A DNA stretch of 64,000 bases, from assembly GCF_009914755.1 (NCBI RefSeq), contig NC_060936.1, one strand, 5' to 3'. Positions 16,227 to 30,099 of the stretch are shown piece after piece (position 1 is the first letter of the stretch; every line of letters begins with the position of its first letter). The notes under the pieces were generated by a model that did not search any database, was not told where the DNA came from, and saw nothing but the letters and a program-made list of their open reading frames with translations. The position numbers were made by a program, and so were the translations under genes. Origin of the DNA: the human T2T-CHM13v2.0 reference genome, Homo sapiens.

Positions 16227-16999
16227 TGAAATGGAAAAGATATTTTTGCTCAGTCCTGTATTTTCAATATGCCTAGATGGACTTAACTCAGTCTTACCAA
16301 GGGGAAAAAAAAATCTTCAGAGTGATACCAAGATAGAAAATTTCAAACTGATTTTTCAGCAAGTTTTGAGTGAATGAAACCTGATTAATAGACTTCCCAT
16401 TGCAGATTGTGTTACAGTCAAGCTACTGCACTCATCCAAACAATTGTGCTCACACACATGACTTCCGTTAATATTGTCATGTTTCCCTTTAATTGAGAAT
16501 GTACTTCAGTTACTGAAGTTACTGTTTGAGGTGTGTGAAATTGTATTCTCCCCAACAGTCCCTGCGAAACGAGAGACCTGGGTCATCTACAGAGGAATAC
16601 AGTAACTAACAACCCCTACTATAAGCTTCTTCATAGCTTCTAAAGGTTGGTGGAGAAACCAACCCATTTCGTGCTTCCTTACCCCAAGTAAGAATTTAAG
16701 GAAGTAATGTAGGCTGTCTAACAATACAAAATGACTTGCCTATGAAAGTATTGTGATCAGAGTTTGACTTCAGCTTTAACGGCCAAGAAACAGAAGATGT
16801 GAGTCACTGCCAAATATGCATATTGGTTTATTTTGTGTGCGTGTTTTGTTTATAGTTTTGTAGTTTTGTTTTTGTGATGCAGAGCCTTCTGCTCCTGACA
16901 TTTGCATTTTTCACCTCATATCTCCAATGCATTTCACTGCCACCATGCTGCCACCAACACCACCGCCATGAGGACAGGACAAGAACTTTGTCTTTTTCA

Positions 17000-17609
17000 A
17001 TGCTAGGGCAGTGCAGAAGGGAAATGCAGGGTCAGAGCCCCTACACAGTCCCCACTGGGGCACTGCCTAGTGGAGCTCTGAGAAGAAGGCCACCATCCTC
17101 CAGACCCCAGAACAGTAGATCCACCGCTGGTTTGCACCTTGCGCCGGGAAAAGCTGTAGGCACTCAGTTGTCAGCCCATGAAAGCAGCTGGAAGGGGCCT
17201 GTGCCCTGCAGAGCCACAGGGGCAGAGCTGCCCACGGCCCTGAGAGCCCACCTCTTGCATCAGCGTGACCTGGATGTGAGACGTGGAGTTAAAGGAGATC
17301 ATTCTGGAACTTTAAGGTTTAATGACTGCCCTATTGGATTTCAGACTTGCCTGGGGCCTGTAGTCTCTTCGTTTTGGCCAATTTCTCCCATTTGGAGTAG
17401 GTGTATTTACCCAATGCCTGTACCCTCATTGTATCTAGGAAGTAACTAACTTGCTTTTGATTTTACAGGCTTATAGGCAGAAGGGACTTGCCTCGCCTTA
17501 TATGAGACTTTGGACTTGGACTTTTGGGTTAATGCTGGGGGCCTGTTGGGAAGGCATGATTGTGTTTTGAAATGTGAGGACATGAGATTTGGGAGGGGCC
17601 GGGGCAGAA
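17000..17609 (+). mobile_element. THE1 (MaLR) internal sequence, 3' part, ending in the polypurine tract
   Basis: gggcagtgcagaagggaaatg...ggggcactgcctagtggagct...gagatttgggaggggccggggcagaa. Confidence 0.85.
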
Positions 17610-17944
17610 TGGTATGGTTTGGCTGTGTCCCCACCCAAATCTCATCTTAAATTGTAGTTCCCATCATCCCCACGTGTCATGGGAGGCACCCAGTGGGAGG
17701 TAATAGAATCATGGAGGTTGTTACCCACCATGCTGTTCTCATGATAGTGGGTGGCTTCTCATGAGATTTGATGGCTTTATAAGGGTCCTTTCCGCCTTTG
17801 CCTGGCACTTCTGTCTCCTGCCACCATGATTGTAAGTTTCCTGAGGCCTCCCCAGCCATGCAGAAGTGTGAGTCAATTAAACCTCTTTAATAATTACCCA
17901 GTCTCGGGTATTTCTTCATAGCAGCGTGAGAATGGGCTGACACA
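17610..17944 (+). mobile_element. THE1 (C/D-like) 3' LTR, sense to ERC1
   Basis: Starts tggtatggtttggctgtgtccccacccaaatctcatc, has TATA-like tttataa and ATTAAA (17876-17881), ends ...ctgacaca. Confidence 0.88.
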
Positions 17945-17949
17945 CTATG

Positions 17950-19590
17950 TCTTTCTATTTAAGGTGGGTTTCTTGTAGAGAACATATATCAAATCAGTAA
18001 TTGTCTTCTGATTGAAGTGTTTAGAATATTTGCACCTGATATAATTATTGACACAGTAAAGTTAAACCTATCATCTTTATATTTATTTGTTTCATCTATT
18101 TTTTTCCTCTGTTTTTGTTTTCTTTTAAAGTAATTTTTTTTTGTTATTTTATTTTATTTCCACTAGTGGCTTAAAGCTCAACTCCCCACCCCTTTTAAGT
18201 GATTACTCTGTGGTTTACAGTGTACAGTTTTACCTTATCATAGTCAAATTTTGAAAATATAGTATACCACTTCAGGTATAGTATTGGAATCTGCCAATAG
18301 TATACTTCTATTTCCTTTGTCTCAAACTTTATGCTATCATTGGCATACATTTTATTCCTCCATATATTATAAAAGCCATAGTACATTGTTACTGTTTTTG
18401 CTTTAAATCAGTTATCTTTTTTTATTGTTTATTGTGCTAAAACATACACAACATAAATTTTACCATCTTAAAAATTTTTACGTGCACAGTTCAGTGTTAT
18501 ATTCATAACGTAAACTATCACCACCATCTATCTCTGTAGCTCTTTTCATCTTGCAGAACTGAAACGCCATACCTGTTAAACAGTAACTCCCCATTCTCCC
18601 TTGCCCCATATTCCATCTGCCTTCTGATTTTACTCCTGTAAGGGTTTCGTATAAATGGAATCAGGCAGTATTTGTCGTTTTGTGACTGACGTATTTCATG
18701 TAGCAAGGTTCGTCTGTGTTGCACCTTGTTTAAGGAAATGCTGTGTCAGAATTTCGTTCCTTTTTAAGGCTACTGTTTTATATACCACATTTTCCTTATT
18801 CATTCCTCCATTGATGAACACTCGGGTTGCTTCCACATTTTAGCTCTCATGAATAGTGCTACCGTGAACACGGGTGTATAAATACCTTTTCGAGACTGTG
18901 CTTTCCGTTCTTTTGGTATAAAATCAAAAGAAGAGAAATTGCTGGACTATGAGTTAACCCTATTTTCAATTTTTTGAGGAACCACCGTACTGTTTTCCAC
19001 AGCGGCTGTACCAACTGACATTCCCACCAGCGGTACACAAGCGTTCCAGTTTCTCCATATCCCGGCCAACACTTGTTATTTTGTAGTCTTTCGTGTGTTT
19101 TTTAAATAGTAGCCACCCTAATGGGTGTAAGGTGGCATCACATAGTTTTGATTTGCATTTCCCTAATGATTCATGATGTTGAGCATCTCTTCATGTGCTT
19201 ATTGGCCATTTCTGTTTTTTCTTTGGAGAAATATCTATTCAAGTTCTCAGCCTATTTTTAAATCAGGTTTTCTGTTGTTGTTGTTACTGAGTTTTAGAAG
19301 TTCTCTACATAGTTAGATAGTTATCCCTAATCAGATATACGATTTGCAAATATTTTCTCCCGTTCTGTGGTTATCTTCTCACTGTTACTGTGGTAATAGT
19401 GTCTTTCGATGCACACATTTTTTTATTTTCAGGAAGTCCCATTTGTCTATTTTAATCATTTATATTTTATAGAGATTAAGATTATAAAATAATATTTTTC
19501 TCATATGTTTACCATTTTCAAAAATCTTTGTTTTTTATCTGTGTATGTCTGAATTTCCATCTGTCATCATATTCCTTCTCTCTAAAGAAC
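17950..19590 (-). mobile_element. Old L1 fragments, including an L1MB-like 3' end at ~18420-19450
   Basis: aacataaattttaccatctt...gaggaaccaccgtactgttttccacagcggctgtacc...ttggagaaatatctattcaag. Confidence 0.75.
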
Positions 19591-19597
19591 TTACTGA

Positions 19598-19925
19598 GGC
19601 TGAGAGCAGTGGCTCATGCCTGTAATCCCAGCACTTTTGGAGGCCAAAGCAGGAGGATTGCTTGAGGCCAGGAGTTCAAGACTAGCCTGGACAACGGTGA
19701 AGCCCTTATCTCTACAAAAATTTAAATTTAAATTTAAAAAATTTAGCTGGATACAGTGGTGTGTGCCTGCAGTCCCACCTACTCGGGAGGCCCAGGTGGG
19801 AGGATCACTTTAGCTCAGCAGTTCAAGATTGCAGTGAGCTATGATCACGCCACTGCACTCCAACCTGGGCTGCAGAATGAGACCCTGTCTCAGAAAATTA
19901 AAAATAAATTAAAAATAAATTTTAA
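19598..19925 (+). mobile_element. AluJ
   Basis: Full dimer. TSD aaagaactt. Confidence 0.88.
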
Positions 19926-20019
19926 AAAAGAACTTCCTTTTAAATGTCTTGTAGTACACATCTGCTGGTAATTAATTCTATGTTTTATTTGTATGAGGGA
20001 GTGTATTTTTATCAACTTC

Positions 20020-20410
20020 CGTTATGGCCAGAATTGTGTCCCCCCTCCCAAAATTCCTATGTTGAAGTCTTAACCCTCAGTACCTCAAAGTGTGACGACT
20101 ATATTTAGAGATAAGACCTTTAAAGAGATAATTAAGTTAAAATGAGGCCATTAGGGTGAACCCTAATCCATTGTAACTGATATCCTTTTAAGAGACACAC
20201 CAGGGTACACACACACAGGAAAATACCACATAAGGGCAAAGCAAGAAGGTGGCCATCTGTAAGCCAAGGAGAGAGAGGCCTCAGAAGAAATGAAACCTGC
20301 TAATACTTTGATGTTGGATTTCTGGCTTCCAGAACTGTGAGAAAATTAACTTCTGTTGTTTAAGCCACCCAGACTGGTATTTTGTTATGGCAGCCCTAGA
20401 AAACTGTACA
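20020..20410 (+). mobile_element. MLT1B-like solo LTR
   Basis: gaattgtgtccccc...ttaagttaaaatgagg...aagccaaggagagagaggcctcagaagaa...ttgttatggcagccctag. Confidence 0.8.
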
Positions 20411-20429
20411 CCTTGTTTTTGAGATGTTC

Positions 20430-21000
20430 TCTGGGCACAGATTTCTTGGTTGACAGGGATTTTTTTTTTCCTCTTTCTTTTAATACTTTTAAGATGTGGT
20501 TCCATTTTCTTTTGGCTTGTATAGTTTCTGTTGAGGTCTGCTATATTCATGTAGCTTTGTTTTGGGGTGAGTGGGTTGGTTGGTTGGTTGATATACCATG
20601 TTCTTTTTTCTCCTGAGGCTTTCAAAATATTCTCTTTATCTTTAGTTTTCAACCATTTGATGATAATGTACCTAGTTGTGTTTTTCTGTATATCTATCTT
20701 GTTTGGAATTCTCTGAGCCCCTGCTCTGGATCTGTGTTTTGTTGTCTTTCATTAATTTTGGAAAATTCTTGGCCATTATCTCTTCAGATATATCTTCTGC
20801 CCACTTCTCTCTTCTCCTTTGTAACTACCATTATGTATTTGTTAGATCATTTGATATTGTCCCATATCTCTTGGATTTCTGTTTTGTTTTGTTTTCTATA
20901 TTTTCTTATTATACTTGAAGTTTTCTGTTATTAGTTTGGATAATTTATATTGATCTATACTTAAGTTCACTTTCTTTTTGTGTGTGTGTCATAATTTTTT
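20430..21000 (-). mobile_element. Old L1 (ORF1 region) fragment
   Basis: tctttcattaattttggaaaattcttggccattatctcttcagatat, T-rich. Confidence 0.6.
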
Positions 21001-22111
21001 ATTAAATGTTAAATAGTCTAAGTAAAAAGAACAGTGGAAACCAAGGTAAATAAAACTTATGTCTGGAAATATACTTTCCTCTTCTTCTGTCAGGCCATTA
21101 GCATTGGGGACTGAATCAAATAACTCACTAATTGAGCTGGGTTTGGGCTTCTTTCCACTCTAGTTACCTTCATGGTGCCACAGGCCTTGAGCTTTTCAGT
21201 GGTGGATTGCCACTTTCATACGTTTAATGTGAGCTCTGTGGTGCCGATGTTTCTGTTTCATGCTTCTCTCTCAGCTTTCAGCATGTCCTTCATGCCTGCA
21301 CCGCAGAGGGCCTCTCTCCATGCTCTTGTTCTTCTCTAAGCAGTAGACTGTTCTTGTTACTCAGTGAAGACTCAGGGTCGGGCAGGAGTGGCTTCTTCAT
21401 TTTCCTGCTCCAGTCTTGGTCTTGGTACTTCTGTCCCACCCCCAGTGACAGACAACATCTCCCCCCTACTCAGCACAGGTCTAGACTGTCGGCTGATTTC
21501 CTACCCCTTCCCCAGTAGCAGCAGACTTCTAGTTTGAATCCATTCATAATTTGGGGTCCTACTGGACTCCCTGTCTCCTTCCTGGCAACAGTTTGCTTTT
21601 GCCTAATGTCAGCACAAGAGGTAGGGTAGATTTTGTACCAATTCTCTAGCCTAGGAATAGAGGCCATGAAGGTTGCTGCCCTACCCCCAGAAGCACACAG
21701 CTTTTCCCTTGTTCTAAAATGTTGAGCATGGAAAATTTGGCCTTATGTCTTCTCACTTCCGGGCTTTCTTGATGTCAAGCTCCCTGTCATTCTGTGTCCA
21801 TGTTGTGATTGAAGAAAGCAATCTTAAACATGCATATTTTAGGAGTCACAAAAAATTATTTGCAGAGGATTCCAGAAGAAAGTTTCCTCTGTGAAAACCT
21901 TCTCTTACCATTTTTTACATTATATATAATTTCTATTTTTGTCCCCAGGCTTTTTTCTTTATTGTGTGTGATTGTATCAAATTAATTTTAATGAAATATT
22001 TCAAACATTTGGAAAAATATGGAGATTAATATAACATTACCTTTATACCCAGAATTAACAAATATTACTTTGTCTTATCTTCTTCAGATCCTTTTTAATG
22101 CTAAATATAGT

Positions 22112-22917
22112 ATGATATTGTGATATAATAAGAAATACACATTTGGTCTCGGTCCCTAGTTCCTTATACACAGCTCCTGAAACTCTTGGAATCCCCTGAG
22201 TGATGCGTGTTTGTTTTTTTAATGCTAATAGATGACTGGTGGCTGGGAGCTCTGGATGGAGACTGGTTACCAAGGGAACCAACCCTGTGATAGATGGTTG
22301 GGACTCTCCAGCCCACACCCCAGCCTCTAGAGAGAGGAGGGGAGCTGCAGGTTGAGTTGATTGCCCGTGGCCAATGATGTAATTAATCATGCCTACTTAA
22401 TGAATCTTCCGTAACACTCTAAAGGATAGTGTCCAGATGGGTTCCAGATAGCCAGCCGAACACACGGAGGTGCTGGAGGTGCCCAGAGAGGTCACGGAAG
22501 CTCCACACCCCTCTCCATGTGCCTTGCCCTGTGCATCTCTTCATCTGCCGGTTCATTTGTGTTATCCTTTGAAATATCCTTTGTAATAAATGGGTAAACA
22601 TGAGTAAAGTGTTTCCCCAAGTCCCATAAGCCATTCTATCAAATTAACCTAATCCGAGGAAGAGATCCTGAGAACTCCGGTTTATAGCTGGTCAGTCAGA
22701 AGCACAGGTCACAACCTGTGATTGGCATCTGAAGCTGGAGGGTGGATACTGTGGGACTGAGCCCTTAATCTGTGAAGTCCGACACTGTCTCCAGGTAACT
22801 AGTGTCAGAATTAAATTCTAGGACACCCGGTTGGCGTCTGCTGGAGAATCTGGGTCAGGAGAGTTGTGCCGACTCTGTGAGATTAGGAAAAACACTTTGT
22901 TTTTTCCTGCCTCTAAT
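22112..22917 (+). mobile_element. MER21 (B/C-like) solo LTR
   Basis: tgatattgtgatataataagaaata...ggccaatgatgtaattaatcatgcctac...ctggtcagtcagaagcacaggtcacaacc. AATAAA at 22585-22590. Confidence 0.75.
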
Positions 22918-23379
22918 AATAATTAAAGTCTTCTTTGTATCTCTTCTCAGCTGTATTTTTCTTTTTTCAACCACAGTGGCACAGCCACCATCCTAAATTG
23001 GTGTGCATTTTTACAGTCCATATTTTTAGCGTTTTAATACATATATGTTTCCATAAACAATGTACAATACTGTTGAGTGTGATATAAATTTAAAATATAT
23101 CGTCTCATACTACTTAGGCTGTCAGTTCATTATTACTTACTGAACTCAGGCCCTCTAGTCATTTGATAATAGAAGAAAACATATTCTTGACATTTTTCAG
23201 AGAGGGTGATTCTTAGACCATTTTTTTAGGGGCCTAAGCCCTAAAGAAGCCTTCTTTAAAGGAAATAGATTGAGGTAATGTCAAGGTGGAACACAATTAT
23301 GGTACGAAGTGTCTTGACCCAGCACTAAGAAAAAGGTTTTATTAAATTCAGGAGTTTTTTAAATTGCTGCGCAATAGAA

Positions 23380-23655
23380 ATACTTATTTTTGGAGTGTGG
23401 ATAATTTGATACATTCATATGCTGTGTAAATATAAATAAGAATAATTGGGATATCTGTCACCCTAAATACTTTCCTTTCTTAATGCTAGGAACCTTGAAA
23501 TTCTCTTCTAATCTTCATACAATGTACAACAGATTAACATTAACTGTAGTCACCCTATTGATCTGTGGAACACTAGGTCTTACTTCTATCTAACTATATT
23601 TTAACCCACTAATCAGCCTCTCTTCAGCACGCCCCAACCCCCTTCCTGGCCTCTC
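23380..23655 (-). mobile_element. L1MA-type 3' end fragment
   Basis: atacaatgtacaacagatt...taactgtagtcaccctattgatct...cactaggtcttacttctatctaact. Confidence 0.6.
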
Positions 23656-25223
23656 AAGTTCAGTTTTAGATTTCAGCATCTTCTCTGTTTACTTTAGGAT
23701 GCTCCCGTATCTGACCACTGTTACTTAGCTTTCAGAATCGCCGATCACTGAAATTCCAGGTCCAGGGGTTCTGCACTGCGCTTAGAATTTCTCCTCATGT
23801 ATAAGATGTGCTGGTTGCACCGCCAAGCCCTGTTGCCGTCTGTGGGACAGGAAGCCTTGTTAGTGCCTCCATGAATCCAGCACTGACATTAGCTCACGTA
23901 GAACTAACATCTACTCAGGGAGTTGCGTTAGTGGCTCTTAAGAAACTCCATGAAAATTGTGAGAAAACTTCAATGAGAACGTTTTTGACAAGTCGCCTTT
24001 CCCTTGTATATAAATGCGAACCGTTTTTCATTTTCAAAATTTCAAACTTTTTCATAGAACTCAAGGATTTGAGTCCTGCTTCCTTTGAGAGGGGTAACAG
24101 TGAGTTTTACATAAACACTGTGTATGATTTTAAAAGGCAGTACTGAACATGTGCTACACATTAATTCCTTAGTTTCGAAAGATGCGACGGAGTGGGAAAG
24201 TTCGATATCCACAGGTGCAGATATTGGAAAGACCACACTCAGGTGTATGATCTTTCTCATAGCTGCAAGTGACTGTGTTCAGCTTTCCAATGAGGTGAGG
24301 AAACATTTATGGGCCTCCTATGGCTCTCTTATTCATTCACCACTGTGCTGTGTAACACAATTTCCCTGCAACAATAAACTTCAACTTTGCAATTTGTCAC
24401 CAGTGCAATGGCTCATGTAGTTATAAAGTGAACGTGGTGACCAATTTGGGGCGTAATATTGTTCTGCAGTCAAAGTATCCTAATTTGAAGAAATTTTATG
24501 TATCGTGATTTTACACCAACTGGCCAAAGTCAGATAGTCTGATTAAATAGATTTGGTTTTGGCTAACTATATGTAGTTAATTCTACACACTTTAAATATT
24601 TTGGTTTGCAGGTATTTTTTGAAGGCTTAAGTATTTGGTTTCTGTTTCTTTGGGTTTCCTGTCTGTAGATTCTACCAAGCGTATGTTGTTGAAATAATGA
24701 ATTCAGGGCCACCTTACCCCTAGCTGCAATCTTGTCAAGTTCCAGCAGCTGAGTAAACTTGGGTCAGGTCAGATTTGAGACACCCTATGACCAAGAAGAT
24801 ATTATTTCTAAATATCTTGTATACATTGAAGAACAGCCATTATTTTATCTCTTCAAGGTAATTTTCTTATCTAGTTCATGTTATGTTTTTTACTTCTTTT
24901 GAATTATATAAAATTGGAAGTTATATTTATAATATTGTTGTAATGTGAGGCCAAGGGGGAGCACACATCAGAAGATGGAATAAGCAAGCAGAAGCTCGGA
25001 TCTGAGTCTCACAGTACTCCAGATGCAGTGAGTGGTTCTGGAGCTGTACTTCTCAAAGAGGGTGGCAGCTCTCAGAGAGGGTGGGGCCCTCAGAATCACC
25101 AGAAGAACTGTGTTCTCTTGCATTCCCATCCCCATAATTCTAATAATCTAGAGAAAATGAAGAGAGAAAAAATAAGGTGAAGCCAGGAGTGAGCTCGCAG
25201 GCATTGTCAGAGATTTAATTATT

Positions 25224-25560
25224 GTCATGTGCTACATAACAATATTTCAGTCGATGACGGACCCCATGTTCCACAGTGCTCCCGTAAGATGATAAGACCA
25301 TATTTTTACTGTACCTTGTCTATGTTTAGATATGTTTGGATCCAGAAATACCACTGTGTTCCAGTTGCCTACAGTACGTAGTACAGTCACATGCTGTACA
25401 GGTTTGTAGCCTAGGAGCAATAGGCTGTACCAGACACCCTCGGTGTGTAGCAGCTATACCACCTAGGTCTGTGTAAGTCAGTCTGTGATGTTCCCACAAC
25501 AAGACCTCCTGACGATGCATTTCTCAGAATGTATCCCCACCATTAAGTGACATGTCTGTA
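25224..25560 (+). mobile_element. Tigger3a/MER7A-like MITE
   Basis: gtcatgtgctacataac...catgctgtacaggtttgtagcctaggagcaataggct...gcatttctcagaatgtatcccc...taagtgacatg. Confidence 0.8.
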
Positions 25561-25604
25561 GTATGCAGTTTATAGTACCCCACGATATTAAAACAGAAAC
25601 AGAA

Positions 25605-25876
25605 AAAGAAATTCCTCCCTCATGGGTCCTCATAAAGAATCTGATCGTAAGCAACATCTTCAGCATCCTTCCATATGTACAGCCGTGAGGTTCAGAAGAC
25701 TTCTTTTTTTAAGAAACATCTCAGCAATATAATAAGGCCAAAGTTCATCTCATAAAAACCGTTTTCTAGGAGACCGTAAATATTGCTACTCAAATATCTA
25801 ATATATTATTTAATATTGGGAATAAATTTTCAAGTCTTTGGAAAGATTTAGGCAGTACTCTCTAAATATTAGTTGT
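25605..25876 (+). repeat. Left arm of a ~275-bp non-Alu inverted duplication
   Basis: Reverse complement aligns with 27373-27654, including perfect 34-nt and 24-nt blocks. Confidence 0.92.
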
Positions 25877-25954
25877 CTCAACCATTTTTTTATACATTAA
25901 GCAGCAATATGTTTAGGATCTAGTCTTTGACAGATACCAGAATGCAGCTATTCA

Positions 25955-26188
<234 letters not shown>

Positions 26189-26802
26189 TTAGTCAATCTG
26201 CCCCTTCCCCTTAATGGTGGCTGAGGAATCAGCTGGCATGGTCAGTGAGGCTGGTGCCAAGTGTTCAACTGATATAGCCAAAATGACTGGCAGGACAAAG
26301 GCACTGGGTTTGACCAGCATGGTTGGCATATTTGGTAGTGGAGCTGGTCCTCAGGATCATGCCCTGGGCATTTGGCAGGACCATGGATTCTGCTAGCATA
26401 GCTGGTGTGTTTGTCATGCTGAGACCAAGAAGCCAGCCCACATGGCCAACATTTTTGGGAGGCGAGGGCTGAGGATTCAGCTAGCATGAGTGGAAATAGC
26501 AGGCCAGGGCCAAGAAAGTGGCCCACATGGTTGAGAGACTGGTTACATACCAGGAGATCAAGCAAATGAGTAAATATATTGGAGCTAATATATTGAGGAT
26601 AGTGTGTTTGTTATTATAGGAGATAAGAGTACCAGATATAGAAAGAGTAAAGACAAATCCTATCGTATTGGATTGTTTTTAGAGGTATTGATATGAATTC
26701 ATGGTTTTTAACAGATAAATAGATTTAGATTTCTCTGTGTGTATGTGTGTTTATATATGTGTATATGTGTATGTATACACATATACACATGTATGTATTT
26801 TC

Positions 26803-27096
<294 letters not shown>

Positions 27097-27372
27097 TGAA
27101 GGGACCTGGAAGCAGTGACACCCAGTAACAGAGAGCTCACTTACTACTCAAATGTTGGTCTAGATGCCTTTTCCCACCAGAAGGAACCAGAGCTCTTTGG
27201 GGAAATGACTGAGTCTAGGGCTGTGTGTGGGAAAGCACGTGATAATCCCAGAACAGTTTTATACCAGAAAGTAAGGAAGCATTCCAAGAGTGGTGGGGAT
27301 GTATCAAAACAACATGGGGAAAATCTTGAGGAATTCGAGCATCAAAATAAGTAAAGATAGTAACAGATTATA

Positions 27373-27654
27373 ACAACTAATATAGAGAGAGTATTGCCTA
27401 AATCTTTCCAAAGACTTGAAAATTTATTTCCTATATCAAATAATACATTAGGTTTCTGAGTACTTGGGCAGCAATATTTAATTTAGGGTCTCCTAGAAAA
27501 TGGTTTCTATGAAATGAACTTTGACATTATGATATTGCTGAGATTTTTTTTAAAAAAGAAATCTCTGAACCTCATGGCTATATATATGAAAGGATGCTGA
27601 AGATGTTGCTTACAATTAGACTTTTTATGAGGACCCAGGGGGAGAAATTTCTTT
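27373..27654 (-). repeat. Right arm of the inverted duplication, inserted in an L1
   Basis: For example tgcctaaatctttccaaagacttgaaaatttatt is the reverse complement of 25821-25854. Confidence 0.92.
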
Positions 27655-29654
27655 CAGATCTCTGGACTAGAAATAATCAATATTCTATTGAATAAAATAG
27701 AAATCTTTGAGTCTGTGATGGTATAAAGAAGTGAATGAATGAATGAATGAATGAATGAACAAGTAAATGGGGGAGAAAGGAAAACTCCACCCTGTGGTTG
27801 AATGCCAGCATAATGTAGACGGAATTATGGAATTAGAGAATCTGCATTTGGCACCATTATAGTAGTGACTGATTTAGGCAGGTATCATCAATGAATGTGA
27901 AAACACCAGGTGAAGGTTGACTAAGAACAGACTATTTGCATAGACTGAAAGTATCTCGTCAAACACACAAAAATGTATGTCAGTTAATTAGCACAAAGTA
28001 TTTATAGTTAATTTACATTGGAAAAATCTGACACATACCATCTAAACCAAGTGATTAAGGTTAGCATCTCCAGTAGTGGGACACGTCAATGTGTGCCTCT
28101 TCATCATAGGCACAGAGAAGAACACAGGTGGTACTCTTGCCAAACAATCACCTGAATTTAACACCAGGAAACATACATAGAGTGATATAGATAGAGATAC
28201 AGATAACGATACAGATAGAGACAGATGTGTATACACATGTATATTTATCAAGATAGAGAATTAATTAATGAATGATATGACAAATGTAAAATGTTAGCAG
28301 TTAAGGAATCCAGGTGAAATTTATACCAGAATAGACTTAAAGATTTCTGTTTTATTCAGTGAGTTATAATATTTTATAATCATTTATTTCAATGCTCAAA
28401 TTCTCCAAGATGTTTCCCGCATCCTTCTAATATATGCCCACTACTCTTGGAAAACTTCCTTACTTTCTGGTATAAGATGTTCTTTTGAAATTATTTTAAA
28501 ATAAAAAGTTTTTAAAAACTTAAATCAGTAAACTAGGATTAAGATTTTAATCCTCTTGTGAAAATTGAGAGGCACAGGAGTATTGAAAATACAAGTATTA
28601 GCCTAAATAGCCAACCCCAAGGTAACACCCACAGGCAGCCGCAAAATGGTGCCGTGGCAGGTGGAGCTTTGTGTGGGCTGAGTCGGTGTTACCCCATGAG
28701 CAGTGCTGCCAGTTACACCAAGCTCCACCCATCGCTGCACCATTACAAGAGGTAAATACGTTTGAATGCGACATCCATTTCATTACCATTACAGTGTTTA
28801 ATTGTAAACATTACAAGAAGGCAGGTTTAAGTTTAACAGAAAGTGAAACTTCCTAGATCTCTCCACAAAAAGAATGGGCAGCCATATTTGAAATAAGTCC
28901 TTTTGACTGGAGAGAAGCTACTCAGTTGGGTTATAAAAAGGATTCAGGATTGCAAGATGATTTGAGTCAGCTTGTTTCTAAGGTGGTGGTGGTGGTGTTT
29001 TTCTAACCCTGATTGTCTATTATCTAGTATAACAGGGATGTATAATAGCCCCCTCCTCCCAGTTTTAGGACAGTATTTGAATGTGACATCCTAACTTGAA
29101 CTCCATAAAAAATAAATTAGGTAAAATAGTTGAAAAGGGGAAGAAAGGAGGAATGAAAAATGAACAATTGTTTTGAAAAGGCAGTTTTCATAGGATAAAG
29201 ACTTGCCTAAACGATGAGGAGGCCCTTTTTTTTTTTTTTTTTTTTTTTTTCATTTTTCTAGTTCCACTTAGGATAGACCAAGATAATATATTAAATTACA
29301 AAAGAAATATTTTAGTTAAACATAGGGAACAGCTGTCTGACTATAAAACTAAGCAACATGGAAAAAATTCAAAAGAATGTTGTAGAATTTCCTTCTGGAG
29401 AGTTTTAAAAACTAAGGTTGACTCCCCATCACTTAGTGCCCATCCCAACCTCACCATACTTGTCAATATTGTACCCATTTGATACAGATCATCTCATACA
29501 ATTAGCCATATGGATTATATATGAATATGAGACATGTATAACCTGTATGTTGAATGATTGAATATTTTTGAAAGTGCAGCTTTCGTTTTTAAAACCTTTG
29601 TCGCCCAGGAATTTTAGATAAAGCCAACGTTTTTGGCTCTAAAATTGAACTTTG

Positions 29655-29960
29655 AGCCGGGCACAGTGGCTCACACTTGTAATCCCAGCACTTTGGGAGG
29701 CTGAGGCAGGCAGATCACCTGAGGTCAGGATTTCGAGACCAGCCTGGCCAATGTGGGAAAATCCTGTCTCTACTAAAAGTACAAAAATTAACCTGGCGTG
29801 GTGGTGGGCACCTGTAATCTCAGCTACTTGGGAGGCTGAGGCAGGAGAATAGCTTGAACCCAGGAGGCAGAGGTTGCGTGAGCTGAGATTGCACCATTGC
29901 ACTCCAGCCTGGGAGACAAGAGCGAAACTCTGTCTCAAAAAATAATAATAATAATAAAAT
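29655..29960 (+). mobile_element. AluS (Sq/Sp-like)
   Basis: Full dimer, acaagagcgaaactc, (AAT)n tail. Confidence 0.9.
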
Positions 29961-30099
29961 AAAACTGAGCCTTTGTAGCAATGGGTGGTTGTTTTAAGCC
30001 TTAATAAAGAAATGTGTTTTAATTCCAGATATTAACCAAAAGGCACCTAACATATATTGCTAAAACTACCCCCAATTCAGCAGGCATAGAGACATAAAA

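Noticed and set aside
16874-17449. 191-aa ORF
   Set aside because: Mostly THE1 internal sequence (remnant of the MaLR ORF), with no exon context.
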